Assembly: GCA_036509755.1 (NCBI GenBank)
Contig: DATCFB010000117.1
Coordinates: 1-39,070, forward strand
DNA length: 39,070 nucleotides
Direction: 5' to 3'
Origin: Pseudolabrys sp.
Lineage (GTDB): Bacteria; Pseudomonadota; Alphaproteobacteria; Rhizobiales; Xanthobacteraceae
Under the pieces are notes generated by a model that worked only from the letters and a program-made list of their open reading frames with translations, had not been told where the DNA came from and made no database searches. Position 1 is the stretch's first letter. Each line of letters opens with the position of its first letter. A program made the position numbers and the translations under genes. This document shows, one piece after another, positions 17,754-28,822 of the stretch.

Positions 17754-17791
17754 TAGCGATCGCAACCTTACGGATCTGAACGGAGAGTTAC

Positions 17792-18982
17792 ATGGCAAAA
17801 GAGAAATTTCTTCGCAATAAGCCGCATTGCAATATCGGTACGATCGGTCACGTCGACCACGGCAAGACTACATTGACCGCGGCGATCACCAAGGTGCTGT
17901 CGGAAACCGGCGGCGCCACCTTCACCGCCTACGACCAGATCGACAAGGCGCCCGAGGAAAAGGCCCGCGGCATCACCATCTCGACAGCGCACGTCGAATA
18001 CCAGACCGCGGCGCGCCATTACGCGCACGTCGACTGTCCCGGCCACGCCGACTATGTGAAGAACATGATCACGGGTGCCGCCCAAATGGACGGCGCTATC
18101 CTGGTGGTGTCGGCCGCCGACGGCCCGATGCCGCAGACCCGCGAGCACATCCTGCTCGCCCGGCAAGTTGGCGTTCCCGCTCTCGTTGTGTTCATGAACA
18201 AAGTGGACATGGTGGACGATCCGGAATTGCTTGAACTTGTCGAGCTCGAGGTTCGCGAGCTTCTGTCGAAGTACAATTTCCCGGGCGACAAAATCCCGAT
18301 CGTCAAGGGCTCGGCCCTGATGGCGCTCGAAGGCAAGGACGAGAAGCTCGGCAAGGAAGCCATCAACGCGCTGATGAAGGCGGTTGACGAATACATTCCG
18401 CAGCCGGAGCGCCCGAAGGATCAGCCGTTCCTGATGCCGGTGGAAGACGTGTTCTCGATCTCCGGCCGCGGTACCGTGTGCACCGGCCGCATCGAGCGCG
18501 GCATCATCAAGGTCGGCGAGGAAGTCGAGATCGTCGGCATCAAGCCGACCACCAAGACGGTCGTCACCGGCGTCGAGATGTTCCGCAAGCTGCTCGATCA
18601 AGGCGAGGCGGGCGACAACGTCGGCTGCCTGCTGCGCGGCACCAAGCGCGAGGAAGTCGAGCGCGGCCAGGTGCTGTGCAAGCCCGGCTCGGTCAAGCCG
18701 CACACCAAATTCAAGGCCGAAGCTTACATCCTGACCAAGGAAGAGGGCGGCCGTCATACTCCGTTCTTTACCAACTATCGGCCGCAGTTCTACTTCCGCA
18801 CCACCGACGTGACCGGCGTCGTGACGCTGCCGGCGGGCACCGAGATGGTGATGCCCGGCGACAACATCGCGATGGAAGTGACGCTGATCGTGCCGATCGC
18901 CATGGAAGAGAAGCTCCGTTTCGCCATTCGCGAGGGCGGCCGCACCGTCGGCGCCGGCGTGGTGGCGAGCATCATCGAGTAA
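17792..18982 (+). CDS. tuf: Elongation factor Tu
   Basis: [27 protein letters not shown]; 396 aa. Confidence 0.99.
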   Translation: MAKEKFLRNKPHCNIGTIGHVDHGKTTLTAAITKVLSETGGATFTAYDQIDKAPEEKARGITISTAHVEYQTAARHYAHVDCPGHADYVKNMITGAAQMDGAILVVSAADGPMPQTREHILLARQVGVPALVVFMNKVDMVDDPELLELVELEVRELLSKYNFPGDKIPIVKGSALMALEGKDEKLGKEAINALMKAVDEYIPQPERPKDQPFLMPVEDVFSISGRGTVCTGRIERGIIKVGEEVEIVGIKPTTKTVVTGVEMFRKLLDQGEAGDNVGCLLRGTKREEVERGQVLCKPGSVKPHTKFKAEAYILTKEEGGRHTPFFTNYRPQFYFRTTDVTGVVTLPAGTEMVMPGDNIAMEVTLIVPIAMEEKLRFAIREGGRTVGAGVVASIIE

Positions 18983-18991
18983 GGCTCCGTG

Positions 18992-19015
18992 CGGCCCCCG
19001 CGCAAGCGGGGGCCG
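18992..19015. repeat. Perfect GC hairpin with GCAA tetraloop between tuf and rpsJ
   Basis: CGGCCCCCGC-GCAA-GCGGGGGCCG, no U-tract. Confidence 0.6.
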
Positions 19016-19091
19016 ACAAGCTTCGCAAGCATTCGTGTCTGTGCCCCTGGGTCGCCGCTCGGCGGTTGAAGCAGGGGATGAGAGAACCAAA

Positions 19092-19400
19092 ATGAACGGC
19101 CAGAATATCCGGATCCGGCTCAAGGCGTTCGACCACCGCATCCTCGATGCGTCGACGCGCGAGATCGTGAACACGGCCAAGCGCACGGGCGCCCAGGTCC
19201 GCGGTCCGATTCCGCTGCCGACGCGCATCGAGAAGTTCACGGTGAACCGCTCGCCGCACGTCGACAAGAAGAGCCGCGAACAGTTCGAGATGCGTACGCA
19301 TAAGCGCCTTCTCGACATCGTCGATCCGACGCCGCAGACCGTGGACGCGCTGATGAAGCTCGACCTCGCGGCCGGCGTCGACGTCGAGATCAAGCTCTAA
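19092..19400 (+). CDS. rpsJ: 30S ribosomal protein S10
   Basis: [15 protein letters not shown] (ATG 19092) and [14 protein letters not shown]. Confidence 0.99.
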   Translation: MNGQNIRIRLKAFDHRILDASTREIVNTAKRTGAQVRGPIPLPTRIEKFTVNRSPHVDKKSREQFEMRTHKRLLDIVDPTPQTVDALMKLDLAAGVDVEIKL

Positions 19401-19418
19401 GGCCTGAGGAATTTTGAC

Positions 19419-20150
19419 ATGCGTTCCGGAGTGATCGCGCAGAAGATGGGGATGACCCGGGTGTTCACCGATGCCGGTGAGCACGTGCCGGTGACGGTGC
19501 TGCGCCTCGCGCAGTGCCAGGTGGTCGCCCATCGCACCAAGGACAAGAACGGCTACGTCGCGCTGCAGCTCGGTTCGGGCGCGCGCCGTACCAACAATAT
19601 GAGCAAGGCCGACCGCGGCTATTTCGGCAAGGCGAACGTCGAGCCGAAGCGCAAATTGGCCGAGTTCCGCGTCAGCGACGACGCGGTGATCCCGGTCGGC
19701 GCCGAGATCACGGCCGACCATTTCGTGCCGGGGCAGTTCGTCGACGTGTGCGGCATCTCGATCGGCAAGGGTTTCGCCGGTGGCATGAAGCGCTGGAATT
19801 TCAGCGGCCTGCGCGCCTCTCACGGCGTGTCGGTCTCGCATCGTTCGATCGGTTCGACCGGCGGCCGTCAGGACCCGGGCAAGACCTTCAAGAACAAGAA
19901 GATGCCGGGCCATATGGGCGTCGATCGCGTGACCACGCTCAACCTCAAGGTCGTGCAGACCGATGTCGAACGCGGCCTTCTCCTGATCGAGGGCGCCGTG
20001 CCTGGCGCCAAAGGCGGCTGGATCACCGTGCGTGACGCGGTGAAGAAGGCACTGCCGAAGGACGCGCCGAAGCCGGGCAAGTTCCGCGAGGCGGCTGCCA
20101 AGGACTCCGGTGCGACGCCGGAAGCGCCGGCCCAGCAGGAGGGCGCGTGA
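19419..20150 (+). CDS. rplC: 50S ribosomal protein L3
   Basis: [29 protein letters not shown]. Confidence 0.99.
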   Translation: MRSGVIAQKMGMTRVFTDAGEHVPVTVLRLAQCQVVAHRTKDKNGYVALQLGSGARRTNNMSKADRGYFGKANVEPKRKLAEFRVSDDAVIPVGAEITADHFVPGQFVDVCGISIGKGFAGGMKRWNFSGLRASHGVSVSHRSIGSTGGRQDPGKTFKNKKMPGHMGVDRVTTLNLKVVQTDVERGLLLIEGAVPGAKGGWITVRDAVKKALPKDAPKPGKFREAAAKDSGATPEAPAQQEGA

Positions 20151-20151
20151 G

Positions 20152-20772
20152 ATGGATATGAAGATCACCACCCTCGAGGGTAAGGAAGCCGGCTCGGTCA
20201 GCCTGTCGAAGGATATCTTCGGCCTCGAGCCGCGCACCGACCTCATTCAGCGCTGCGTCAACTGGCAGCTCGCCAAGCGCCAGCGCGGCACGCACAAGGC
20301 CAAGGACCGGTCCGAGATCTGGCGCACCGGCAAGAAGATGTATGCGCAGAAGGGCACCGGCGGCGCCCGTCACGGCTCCGCGCGTGTGCCGCAATTCCGC
20401 GGCGGCGGCCGTGCCTTCGGTCCGGTCGTGCGCAGCCACGCGATCGACCTGCCGAAGAAAGTGCGCGCGCTTGCGCTGCGCCACGCGCTGTCGTCGAAGG
20501 CCAAGGACGGCGGCATCATCGTCCTCGACACGGCCTCGGTCTCCGAGCCGAAGACCAAGGCGCTCGCCGCGCAATTCGGCAAGCTCGGCCTGTTGAACGC
20601 GCTGATCATCGACGGCGCCACGCTCGACGCAAACTTTACGACGGCGGCGCGCAACATTCCGAATATCGACGTGCTGCCGGTGCAGGGCATCAACGTCTAC
20701 GACATCCTGCGGCGCAAGACTTTGGTGCTGACCAAGGCCGCCGTCGAGGCGCTGGAGGCGCGATTCAAATGA
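20152..20772 (+). CDS. rplD: 50S ribosomal protein L4
   Basis: ATG 20152; [11 protein letters not shown]...[10 protein letters not shown]. Confidence 0.98.
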   Translation: MDMKITTLEGKEAGSVSLSKDIFGLEPRTDLIQRCVNWQLAKRQRGTHKAKDRSEIWRTGKKMYAQKGTGGARHGSARVPQFRGGGRAFGPVVRSHAIDLPKKVRALALRHALSSKAKDGGIIVLDTASVSEPKTKALAAQFGKLGLLNALIIDGATLDANFTTAARNIPNIDVLPVQGINVYDILRRKTLVLTKAAVEALEARFK

Positions 20773-21068
20773 GCACCAGCGATCCCCGCCATTACGACGT
20801 CATCATCGCCCCGGTGATCACCGAGAAGGCGACCATGGCGTCCGAGCACAACAAGGTCATGTTCAAGGTCTCGCGCACCGCGACCAAGCCGCAGATCAAG
20901 GAAGCGGTGGAGAAGCTGTTCGACGTCAAGGTCAAGAGCGTCAACACGTTGATCCGCGAAGGCAAGGTCAAGGCCTTCAAGGGCCGCATCGGCCAGCAGT
21001 CAAACGTCAAGCGCGCGATCGTGACCCTGGAAGAGGGTCACCGCATCGACGTGACCACGGGCCTCTAA
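20769..21068 (+). CDS. rplW: 50S ribosomal protein L23
   Basis: PVITEKAT...[23 protein letters not shown]. Confidence 0.98.
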   Translation: MSTSDPRHYDVIIAPVITEKATMASEHNKVMFKVSRTATKPQIKEAVEKLFDVKVKSVNTLIREGKVKAFKGRIGQQSNVKRAIVTLEEGHRIDVTTGL

Positions 21069-21080
21069 GGGAACGGCACG

Positions 21081-21914
21081 ATGGCATTAAAAACATATAA
21101 TCCGACCACGCCGAGCCAGCGCCACCTGGTCATCGTCGATCGTTCGGGCCTGTACAAAGGCGATCCGGTGAAGTCGCTGACCGAAGGTCAGAACTCGACC
21201 GGCGGCCGCAACAATAACGGACGCATCACCTCGCGCTTCCGCGGCGGCGGGCACAAGCAGGCCTACCGCGTCATCGACTTCAAGCGGCGCAAGATGGACG
21301 CGCCGGCGAGGGTCGAGCGGCTCGAATACGATCCGAACCGCACCGCATTCATCGCGCTGCTCAAATACGAAGACGGCGAGCTCGCCTATATCCTCGCGCC
21401 GCAGCGCCTCGCCGCGGGCGACACGGTCATCTCGTCCGAAAAGGCCGACATCAAACCGGGCAACGCGCTGCCGCTGGGCAGCATCCCGGTCGGCACGATC
21501 GTGCACAATGTCGAGCTCAAGATCGGCAAAGGCGGCCAGCTCGCGCGCTCGGCCGGCACCTATGTGCAGATCGTCGGCCGCGACCAGGACTACGTGATCC
21601 TGCGCCTTTCGACCTCGGAGCAGCGCCTGGTGCATGGCCGCTGCATGGCCACGGTCGGCGCGGTGTCGAACCCCGACAACATGAACACGACGATCGGCAA
21701 GGCCGGCCGTCAGCGCTGGCGCGGCCGCATGCCGCACAACCGCGGCATCGTCATGAACCCGGTCGACCATCCGCACGGCGGCCGCACCAAGGGCGGCAAG
21801 CACTGGGTCACCCCGTGGGGCCAGCCGACCAAGGGCATGAAGACGCGCAAGAACAAGCGCACCAACAAGTTCATCATGGTCAGCCGTCACGACCGCAAGA
21901 AGAAGCAGCAGTAG
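21081..21914 (+). CDS. rplB: 50S ribosomal protein L2
   Basis: [32 protein letters not shown]. Confidence 0.99.
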   Translation: MALKTYNPTTPSQRHLVIVDRSGLYKGDPVKSLTEGQNSTGGRNNNGRITSRFRGGGHKQAYRVIDFKRRKMDAPARVERLEYDPNRTAFIALLKYEDGELAYILAPQRLAAGDTVISSEKADIKPGNALPLGSIPVGTIVHNVELKIGKGGQLARSAGTYVQIVGRDQDYVILRLSTSEQRLVHGRCMATVGAVSNPDNMNTTIGKAGRQRWRGRMPHNRGIVMNPVDHPHGGRTKGGKHWVTPWGQPTKGMKTRKNKRTNKFIMVSRHDRKKKQQ

Positions 21915-21924
21915 GACTAATCGT

Positions 21925-22215
21925 ATGACCCGCTCAGTCTGGAAGGGCCCCTTCGTTGACGGTTACTTGCTGCGCAAGGCCGAGGCCGCGCGCACATCGG
22001 GTCGTCACGACGTGATCAAGATCTGGAGCCGCCGTTCGACGATCCTTCCGCAGTTCGTCGGGCTCAATTTCGGCGTCTACAACGGCCAGAAGCACGTGCC
22101 GGTGATGGTGACCGAGGAGATGGTCGGTCACAAGTTCGGCGAGTTCTCGCCGACCCGCATCTTCTACGGCCACACGTCGGACCGCAAAGCCAAGCGTACG
22201 TCGGGCGCGGCGTAA
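21925..22215 (+). CDS. rpsS: 30S ribosomal protein S19
   Basis: [32 protein letters not shown]. Confidence 0.99.
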   Translation: MTRSVWKGPFVDGYLLRKAEAARTSGRHDVIKIWSRRSTILPQFVGLNFGVYNGQKHVPVMVTEEMVGHKFGEFSPTRIFYGHTSDRKAKRTSGAA

Positions 22216-22245
22216 GAATTAGTCAGGGATCGAGAGACGATAGTC

Positions 22246-22635
22246 ATGGGCAAGCGCGCACGCGAAAGAGACCTCCCCGACAACGAGGCCAAGGCCGTGA
22301 GCAAGATGCTGCGGGTTTCGCCGCAGAAGCTCAATTTGGTTGCGCAGTTGATCCGCGGCAAGAAGGTCGCGAGCGCGCTCGCCGACCTTGAATTCTCGCG
22401 CAAGCGCATCGCCAAGGACGTTCGTAAGTGCCTGGAATCGGCGATCGCCAACGCCGAGAATAATCACGACCTCGACGTCGACGATCTCGTCGTCGCCGAG
22501 GCTCATGTCGGCAAGGCGCTGGTGATCAAGCGCTTCGCCGCGCGCGGCCGTGGCCGCGTGGGCAAGATTTTGAAGCCGTTCTCGCATCTCACGATCGTCG
22601 TGCGTGAGGTCGAGGCGCAGCAGGCGCAGGCCTGA
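22246..22635 (+). CDS. rplV: 50S ribosomal protein L22
   Basis: [17 protein letters not shown] and [10 protein letters not shown]. Confidence 0.99.
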   Translation: MGKRARERDLPDNEAKAVSKMLRVSPQKLNLVAQLIRGKKVASALADLEFSRKRIAKDVRKCLESAIANAENNHDLDVDDLVVAEAHVGKALVIKRFAARGRGRVGKILKPFSHLTIVVREVEAQQAQA

Positions 22636-22645
22636 GGAGTTCAAG

Positions 22646-23347
22646 ATGGGTCAGAAAATCAATCCGATCGGTTTGCGCCTCGGCATCAACCGCACCTGGG
22701 ATTCGCGCTGGTTCGCGGGCAAGCAGGAATACGGCTCGCTGCTGCACGAGGACATCAAGATCCGCGAAGAGCTGATGAAGCAGCTCAAGCAGGCGGCGGT
22801 GTCGCGTATCGTGATCGAGCGCCCGCACAAGAAGTGCCGCGTCACCATCCACTCGGCGCGTCCGGGCGTGGTGATCGGCAAGAAGGGCGCCGACATCGAA
22901 AAGCTGCGCAAGGCGGTCGCCAAGCTGACCGATAGCGACGTCGTCATCAACATCGTCGAGATCCGCAAGCCCGAGCTCGAGGCGCAGCTCGTCGCGGAAT
23001 CGATCGCGCAGCAGCTCGAGCGCCGCGTCGCCTTCCGCCGCGCCATGAAGCGCGCCGTTCAGTCGGCGATGCGCCTCGGCGCAGAAGGCATCCGCATCAA
23101 TTGCTCCGGCCGTCTCGGCGGCGCCGAGATCGCGCGCCTGGAGTGGTACCGCGAGGGGCGCGTGCCGCTGCATACGCTGCGCGCCGACATCGACTATGGC
23201 GTCGCCACCGCCTTCACCACTTACGGCACCTGCGGCGTCAAGGTCTGGATCTTCAAGGGCGAGATCCTCGAGCACGACCCGATGGCGCAGGACAAGAAGC
23301 TGGCCGAGGGCGACCAGGGTCGTCCGCGCCGCGAGCCCGCGGCCTGA
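22646..23347 (+). CDS. rpsC: 30S ribosomal protein S3
   Basis: [13 protein letters not shown] (ATG 22646), [23 protein letters not shown]. Confidence 0.99.
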   Translation: MGQKINPIGLRLGINRTWDSRWFAGKQEYGSLLHEDIKIREELMKQLKQAAVSRIVIERPHKKCRVTIHSARPGVVIGKKGADIEKLRKAVAKLTDSDVVINIVEIRKPELEAQLVAESIAQQLERRVAFRRAMKRAVQSAMRLGAEGIRINCSGRLGGAEIARLEWYREGRVPLHTLRADIDYGVATAFTTYGTCGVKVWIFKGEILEHDPMAQDKKLAEGDQGRPRREPAA

Positions 23348-23370
23348 GAATTCGAATAGGTCAATAAGCC

Positions 23371-23784
23371 ATGCTGCAACCGAAGCGTACCAAATACCGC
23401 AAGGCCTTCAAGGGCCGCATCCACGGCGCCGCCACGTCAGGCACGACGCTGGCCTTCGGCCAGTACGGCCTGAAGGCGTTGGAGCCGGAGCGTGTCACCG
23501 CGCGCCAGATCGAGGCGGCGCGCCGCGCGCTGACCCGCTTCATGAAGCGCGCCGGTCGCGTCTGGATCCGCGTGTTCCCCGATGTGCCGGTGTCGAAGAA
23601 GCCGATCGAAATCCGCATGGGCAAAGGCAAGGGCACACCCGAATTGTGGGTCACCCGCGTCAAGCCCGGCCGCATTCTGTTCGAGGTCGATGGGATTCCG
23701 ATGGCCATTGCCAAGGAAGCGCTGGCGCTTGCCGCCGCCAAGCTGCCGGTCAAGACCCGTTTCATCGAACGTATCGCCGAGTAA
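23371..23784 (+). CDS. rplP: 50S ribosomal protein L16
   Basis: [11 protein letters not shown] and RMGKGKG. Confidence 0.99.
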   Translation: MLQPKRTKYRKAFKGRIHGAATSGTTLAFGQYGLKALEPERVTARQIEAARRALTRFMKRAGRVWIRVFPDVPVSKKPIEIRMGKGKGTPELWVTRVKPGRILFEVDGIPMAIAKEALALAAAKLPVKTRFIERIAE

Positions 23785-23789
23785 GAGCC

Positions 23790-24005
23790 ATGAAATCCGC
23801 AGACACCAGAGCGATGACGCTCGATCAGCTCGATGAGGAAGTCCTCAAGCTGAAGAAAGAGCAGTTCAACCTGCGCTTCCAGCGGGCCACCGGCCAGCTC
23901 GAGAATACTTCGCGCGTACGCACGATCCGTCGCGACATCGCGCGCATGAAGACTGTCGCCGCCCAGAAGCGCGCCGCCGAGGGCGGCGCCGTGGTCAAGA
24001 AATAA
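23790..24005 (+). CDS. rpmC: 50S ribosomal protein L29
   Basis: ATG 23790; [19 protein letters not shown]...RRDIAR (C-terminal part of track ORF 23196..24005). Confidence 0.97.
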   Translation: MKSADTRAMTLDQLDEEVLKLKKEQFNLRFQRATGQLENTSRVRTIRRDIARMKTVAAQKRAAEGGAVVKK

Positions 24006-24016
24006 GGGTTCGAGCC

Positions 24017-24268
24017 ATGCCGAAGCGTACGCTGCAGGGCGTTGTCGTCAGCGACAAGCAGAGCAAGACCGTGGTCGTCCGCGTGGACCGGCGTTTCACG
24101 CACCCGACCATGAAGAAGACCATTCGCCGCTCGAAGAAGTATCACGCGCATGACGAGAGCAACGCCTACTCCGTCGGCGACATGGTGTGGATCGAGGAGC
24201 GCCGGCCGATCTCCAAGCTGAAGTGCTGGGAAGTGGTCCGGGGCGAGAAGAAGCAGAACGTGCAGTAG
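24017..24268 (+). CDS. rpsQ: 30S ribosomal protein S17
   Basis: [27 protein letters not shown]. Confidence 0.99.
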   Translation: MPKRTLQGVVVSDKQSKTVVVRVDRRFTHPTMKKTIRRSKKYHAHDESNAYSVGDMVWIEERRPISKLKCWEVVRGEKKQNVQ

Positions 24269-24316
24269 CGCCATGCGTGAAAGCGTCAGGCGCGCAACGA
24301 AGAAAAGAGCGGCATC

Positions 24317-24685
24317 ATGATTCAGATGCAAACCAACCTCGACGTGGCGGACAATTCCGGCGCGCGCCGTGTCATGTGCATCAAGGTACTCGGCGGCTCG
24401 AAGCGGAAATATGCCACCATCGGCGACGTCATCGTCGTCTCGGTGAAGGAGGCGATCCCGCGCGGCCGCGTCAAGAAGGGCGACGTGATGAAGGCCGTCG
24501 TGGTCCGCATCGCCAAGGAGATCAAGCGCGCCGACGGTTCGATCATTCGTTTCGACCGCAACGCCGCGGTGCTGATCACCGCGCAGGCGGAGCCTGTCGG
24601 CACCCGTATCTTCGGGCCGGTGCCGCGCGAGCTGCGCGCCAAGAACCACATGAAGATCATCTCGCTCGCGCCGGAGGTCCTCTGA
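24317..24685 (+). CDS. rplN: 50S ribosomal protein L14
   Basis: [16 protein letters not shown] and [12 protein letters not shown]. Confidence 0.99.
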   Translation: MIQMQTNLDVADNSGARRVMCIKVLGGSKRKYATIGDVIVVSVKEAIPRGRVKKGDVMKAVVVRIAKEIKRADGSIIRFDRNAAVLITAQAEPVGTRIFGPVPRELRAKNHMKIISLAPEVL

Positions 24686-25011
24686 TGGCCGCCAAGATTC
24701 GTAAAGGCGACAAGGTCGTCGTCCTCACTGGCCGCGACAAGGGCCGCACCGGCGAAGTCGTCGAAGTGCGCCCGGCCGAGGCCCGCGCCTTCGTGCGCGG
24801 CATCAATATGGTCAAGCGCCACCAGCGCCAGACGCCGCAGCAGGAAGGCGGGATCATCTCGAAAGAGGCCTCGGTCCACCTGTCGAACCTGGCGCTCGCC
24901 GATCCCAAGGACGGCAAGCCGATCCGCGTCGGATTCAAGTTCGTCGGCGAGGGCGATAACCGCAAGAAGGTGCGCGTGTCGAAGCGCACCGGGGTAGAGA
25001 TCGATGGCTGA
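24685..25011 (+). CDS. rplX: 50S ribosomal protein L24
   Basis: ATG overlaps the rplN TGA; [20 protein letters not shown] motif. Confidence 0.98.
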   Translation: MAAKIRKGDKVVVLTGRDKGRTGEVVEVRPAEARAFVRGINMVKRHQRQTPQQEGGIISKEASVHLSNLALADPKDGKPIRVGFKFVGEGDNRKKVRVSKRTGVEIDG

Positions 25012-25708
25012 TACGAAGGGCGAAAACAAGAAGGCCAAGGGCGGCGCGCCGAAAGACGACGCCCCGAAGCCAGCGAAGGCTCCCAAGGCTCCCAAGGCTC
25101 CAAAGGGTGCCGCCAAGAAGGAAGGCGGCGAGGCGAAGGCCAAGGCGCCGCGCGAGCGCTCGGACTATGTCGCGCGTCTGCGCACGCACTACGACAAGGT
25201 GGTGCGCGGTGAGATGACCGAGAAGTTCGGCTACAAGAATCCGATGCAGGTGCCGACCATCACCAAGGTCGTGCTCAATATGGGCATTGGGGAAGGCGTC
25301 GCCGACCGCAAGAAGGTGGACAATGCCGCCGCCGACCTGTCGATGATTGCGGGTCAGAAGACGGTGGTCACGAAGTCGCGCAAGTCGATCGCGAACTACA
25401 AGCTGCGCGACGGACAGGCCATCGGCTGCAAGGTCACGCTGCGCAAGGCGCGCATGTACGACTTCATCGACCGCCTGGTGAACATCGCGCTACCGCGCAT
25501 TCGCGACTTCCGCGGGCTTAATCCGAAGAGCTTCGACGGTCGCGGCAACTATTCGCTCGGCATCAAGGAGCACATCGTGTTCCCCGAGATCGATTTCGAC
25601 AAGGTCAGCGACTCGTGGGGCCTCGACATCACCGTGTGCACGACCGCCAGAAACGACGACGAGGCGCGCGCGCTGCTTACGGCATTCAATTTTCCGTTCC
25701 GGCAGTGA
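25004..25708 (+). CDS. rplE: 50S ribosomal protein L5 with Lys/Ala/Pro-rich N-terminal extension
   Basis: [38 protein letters not shown]; 234 aa. Confidence 0.98.
   Translation: MADTKGENKKAKGGAPKDDAPKPAKAPKAPKAPKGAAKKEGGEAKAKAPRERSDYVARLRTHYDKVVRGEMTEKFGYKNPMQVPTITKVVLNMGIGEGVADRKKVDNAAADLSMIAGQKTVVTKSRKSIANYKLRDGQAIGCKVTLRKARMYDFIDRLVNIALPRIRDFRGLNPKSFDGRGNYSLGIKEHIVFPEIDFDKVSDSWGLDITVCTTARNDDEARALLTAFNFPFRQ
25076..25106 (+). repeat. In-frame 9-nt tandem repeat (AAGGCTCCC, about 3.4 copies) encoding KAP repeats in rplE
   Basis: AAGGCTCCC AAGGCTCCC AAGGCTCCA AAGG. Confidence 0.85.
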
Positions 25709-25754
25709 GGCGCAAGACGCGACCTCAAACGCGGAACCGTTAGGAGCTATTCGA

Positions 25755-26060
25755 ATGGCGAAGAAGAGTTCGATCGAGAAGAACAATCGAAGGCGCAGGA
25801 TGGTGAAGCAATTCGCCGGCCGGCGGAGCAAGCTCAAGGCCATCGTGGAGGATAAGAACCTGCCGGTGGAGGATCGTTTCGCCGCGACGCTCAAGCTCGC
25901 TGAACTGCCGCGCAATTCCTCGCGCACGCGCATCCGCAATCGCTGCGAGCTGTCCGGCCGTCCGCGCGCTTACTACCGCAAGCACAAGCTCAGCCGTATC
26001 GCGCTGCGGGAACTCGGCAACAAAGGCCTGATCCCAGGCCTCGTGAAGTCGAGCTGGTGA
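25755..26060 (+). CDS. rpsN: 30S ribosomal protein S14 (long, zinc-independent type)
   Basis: 101 aa; [11 protein letters not shown] and only one Cys. Confidence 0.98.
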   Translation: MAKKSSIEKNNRRRRMVKQFAGRRSKLKAIVEDKNLPVEDRFAATLKLAELPRNSSRTRIRNRCELSGRPRAYYRKHKLSRIALRELGNKGLIPGLVKSSW

Positions 26061-26073
26061 GGGAGGGCGCGAA

Positions 26074-26472
26074 ATGTCCGTGAACGATCCGATCGGCGAC
26101 ATGATCGCCCGCATCCGCAACGCGCAGATGCGCAACAAGTCCAAGGTCTCGATGCCCGGCTCCAGGCAGCGCGAGCGCGTGGCCGAGGTGCTCAAGAGCG
26201 AAGGCTTCATTCGCGGCTTTGCCAACGTGGCGCATGCCTCGGGCCGCAACGAGCTCGAGATCGAACTCAAGTATTTCGACGGCACGCCGGTGATTCGCGA
26301 GATCGAGCGGGTCTCCAAGCCAGGCCGCCGTGTCTACGCTTCGGTGAAGGCGCTGCCGCGCGTCAATAACGGCCTCGGCATTGCCATCCTGTCGACCCCG
26401 AAGGGCGTTATGGCCGACCATGACGCCCGCGACGCCAATGTCGGCGGCGAAATCATCTGCACGGTGTTTTGA
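26074..26472 (+). CDS. rpsH: 30S ribosomal protein S8
   Basis: [33 protein letters not shown]. Confidence 0.99.
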   Translation: MSVNDPIGDMIARIRNAQMRNKSKVSMPGSRQRERVAEVLKSEGFIRGFANVAHASGRNELEIELKYFDGTPVIREIERVSKPGRRVYASVKALPRVNNGLGIAILSTPKGVMADHDARDANVGGEIICTVF

Positions 26473-27005
26473 TGTCCCGTATCGGCAACAAACCGGTTTC
26501 CGTCCCGTCCGGCGTCACCGCCAACGTGGAAGGGCAGACCATCAAGGTGAAGGGCCCGAAGGGCGCGCTTCAGCTCGTGCTGCACGACGACGTCATCCTC
26601 AGCATGGACAAGAGCGCGATCAAGGTCGAGCCGCGCAGCCAGAGCAAACGCGCCCGCTCGCAATGGGGCACCTCGCGAACTTTGGTGAACAACCTGATCT
26701 CCGGCGTCACCAAGGGTTTCGAGCAGAAGCTCGAGATCACCGGCGTCGGCTATCGCGCGGCCGTGCAGGGCAAGCAGCTCAACCTGCAGCTAGGCTTCTC
26801 GCACGACGTCAACTATCCGATTCCGCAAGGCATCGCGATCGTGACGCCGAAGCCGACCGAGGTGGTGATCACCGGTATCGACAAGCAGCAGGTCGGCCAG
26901 GTCGCGGCCGAGATCCGCGGCTTCCGCGCGCCGGAGCCGTACAAGGGCAAGGGCGTGAAATACGCCGGCGAGTACATCTTCCGCAAGGAAGGCAAGAAGA
27001 AGTAA
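26472..27005 (+). CDS. rplF: 50S ribosomal protein L6
   Basis: MSRIGNKP (ATG 26472) and PEPYKGKG. Confidence 0.99.
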   Translation: MSRIGNKPVSVPSGVTANVEGQTIKVKGPKGALQLVLHDDVILSMDKSAIKVEPRSQSKRARSQWGTSRTLVNNLISGVTKGFEQKLEITGVGYRAAVQGKQLNLQLGFSHDVNYPIPQGIAIVTPKPTEVVITGIDKQQVGQVAAEIRGFRAPEPYKGKGVKYAGEYIFRKEGKKK

Positions 27006-27017
27006 AGGGCTTGCGCC

Positions 27018-27386
27018 ATGACGAAAATCAGTGACCGGACCGTGCGGCGGACGGCGTCGGTGCGACGCAAGATCAAGCTTGCCAGCATCAAGAGCGGGCG
27101 CGCGCGCCTGTCGGTGTTCCGCTCGTCGAAGCACATTCACGCGCAGCTCATCGACGACCTCAAGGGCGAGACGCTCGCCGCGGCCTCGTCGCTGGAGAAG
27201 CCGATGCGCGAGCAGAACAAGACCGGAGCGAATATCGAAGCGGCCAAGCAGGTCGGCAAGATGATTGCCGAGCGCGCCGCCGCCAAGGGCATCAAGGACG
27301 TCGTGTTCGACCGCGGCGGCTACATTTATCACGGCCGCATCAAGGCGTTGGCCGAAGCCGCCCGCGAGGGCGGGCTCAACTTCTAA
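27018..27386 (+). CDS. rplR: 50S ribosomal protein L18
   Basis: [18 protein letters not shown] and [12 protein letters not shown]. Confidence 0.99.
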   Translation: MTKISDRTVRRTASVRRKIKLASIKSGRARLSVFRSSKHIHAQLIDDLKGETLAAASSLEKPMREQNKTGANIEAAKQVGKMIAERAAAKGIKDVVFDRGGYIYHGRIKALAEAAREGGLNF

Positions 27387-27394
27387 CGGAACGG

Positions 27395-27441
27395 CGCATC
27401 ATCCCGAAGAGCCGGAACCGGTTTTCGGATAAGGTGATGCG
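27395..27441. repeat. Degenerate alphaproteobacterial palindromic repeat (resembles one arm of the CIR/Bru-RS class)
   Basis: CGCATCATCCCGAAGAGCCGGAACCGGTTTTCGGATAAGGTGATGCG with nested IRs CGCATCATC/GGTGATGCG and CCGAA/TTCGG. Family assignment is from recalled consensus only. Confidence 0.55.
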
Positions 27442-27455
27442 AAAGGAAAAAGCAC

Positions 27456-28031
27456 ATGGCACGTGAAGCGCGACGGGATCGAGAACGCGGCCAGCGCCAG
27501 GAGCGTGAGCCGAGCGAGTTCATCGACAAGCTGGTCCACATCAACCGCGTGGCCAAGGTGGTCAAGGGCGGCCGCCGGTTCGGCTTTGCCGCGCTGGTGG
27601 TGGTCGGCGACCAGAAGGGCCGCGTCGGCTTCGGCCACGGCAAGGCGCGCGAGGTGCCTGAGGCGATCCGCAAGGCGACCGAGGCCGCCAAGCGCGGGCT
27701 CACCCGCGTGCCGTTGCGCGAGGGCCGCACGCTGCATCACGACGTGCTCGGCCGTCACGGCGCCGGCAAGGTGTTCCTGCGCGCGGCGCCTCCCGGAACC
27801 GGCATCATCGCCGGCGGCCCGATGCGCGCCGTGTTCGAGACGCTCGGCATGCAGGACGTCGTGGCGAAGTCACTCGGCTCGTCGAACCCATACAATGTTG
27901 TGCGCGCGACCTTCGACGCGCTCAAGCACCAGGACTCGCCGCGTTCGGTCGCGGCGCGACGCAACATCAAGGTGTCCATGCTGCAATCGCGTCGACGCGA
28001 GGGCGGCGAGGCGGAAGCGACCGCGGAGTAA
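27456..28031 (+). CDS. rpsE: 30S ribosomal protein S5
   Basis: [24 protein letters not shown]. Confidence 0.99.
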   Translation: MAREARRDRERGQRQEREPSEFIDKLVHINRVAKVVKGGRRFGFAALVVVGDQKGRVGFGHGKAREVPEAIRKATEAAKRGLTRVPLREGRTLHHDVLGRHGAGKVFLRAAPPGTGIIAGGPMRAVFETLGMQDVVAKSLGSSNPYNVVRATFDALKHQDSPRSVAARRNIKVSMLQSRRREGGEAEATAE

Positions 28032-28038
28032 TCGGATC

Positions 28039-28236
28039 ATGGCTCAGGCAAAGACGATCAAGGTCGAGCAGTACGCGAGTCCGCTGCGCAAACATTTCGA
28101 TCAGCGCCAGACGCTGGTCGGGCTCGGTCTGAACAAGATCGGCCGCACGCGCGATCTGCCGGACAATCCGGCGACGCACGGCATGATCCGCAAGGTTCAG
28201 CACCTGGTGCGGGTGGTCGACGCGAGGAAGAAGTAA
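28039..28236 (+). CDS. rpmD: 50S ribosomal protein L30
   Basis: ATG 28039; [13 protein letters not shown]...[10 protein letters not shown]. Confidence 0.96.
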   Translation: MAQAKTIKVEQYASPLRKHFDQRQTLVGLGLNKIGRTRDLPDNPATHGMIRKVQHLVRVVDARKK

Positions 28237-28288
28237 CCGTTCTCGCGCGCGGCATGCGCGCTGACGGACATGAGAACGAGGACGTGAG

Positions 28289-28822
28289 ATGAAACTCAAC
28301 CAGATCGCCGACAATGCCGGCTCGCGCAAGAACCGCATGCGCGTCGGCCGCGGCATCGGCTCCGGCATGGGCAAGACCGGCGGGCGCGGCGGCAAGGGCC
28401 AGACCGCGCGCTCCGGCGTGCGCATCAAGGGCTTCGAAGGCGGCCAGATGCCGCTGCATCGCCGCCTGCCGAAGCGCGGCTTCCGCAATACTGCCTTCGC
28501 GATCAAGCTCAATGAGGTCAATCTCGGCAAGGTGCAGACGGCGATCGACGCCGGTTTCCTCGACATCAAGACGCCGGTCGACTCCGCCGCCATGATCAAG
28601 GCGGGGCTGATGCGCCGCGCGAAGGCCGGCGTGAAGCTGCTGGGCGAAGGCGAGTTCAAGGCCAAGGTCGAATTCGCCGTCTGGGGCGCGTCGAAGTCGG
28701 CGCGCGAGGCGATCGAGAAGGCGGGCGGCTCGCTGAAAATCCTGGCGCCGGCGCCGGCAGCCGAGGCAGCGCCGAAGGCAAAGGGTAAGAAGACCAAGAA
28801 GAACGCCGGTAAGGGCGAATAA
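28289..28822 (+). CDS. rplO: 50S ribosomal protein L15
   Basis: [18 protein letters not shown] and [18 protein letters not shown]. Confidence 0.99.
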   Translation: MKLNQIADNAGSRKNRMRVGRGIGSGMGKTGGRGGKGQTARSGVRIKGFEGGQMPLHRRLPKRGFRNTAFAIKLNEVNLGKVQTAIDAGFLDIKTPVDSAAMIKAGLMRRAKAGVKLLGEGEFKAKVEFAVWGASKSAREAIEKAGGSLKILAPAPAAEAAPKAKGKKTKKNAGKGE

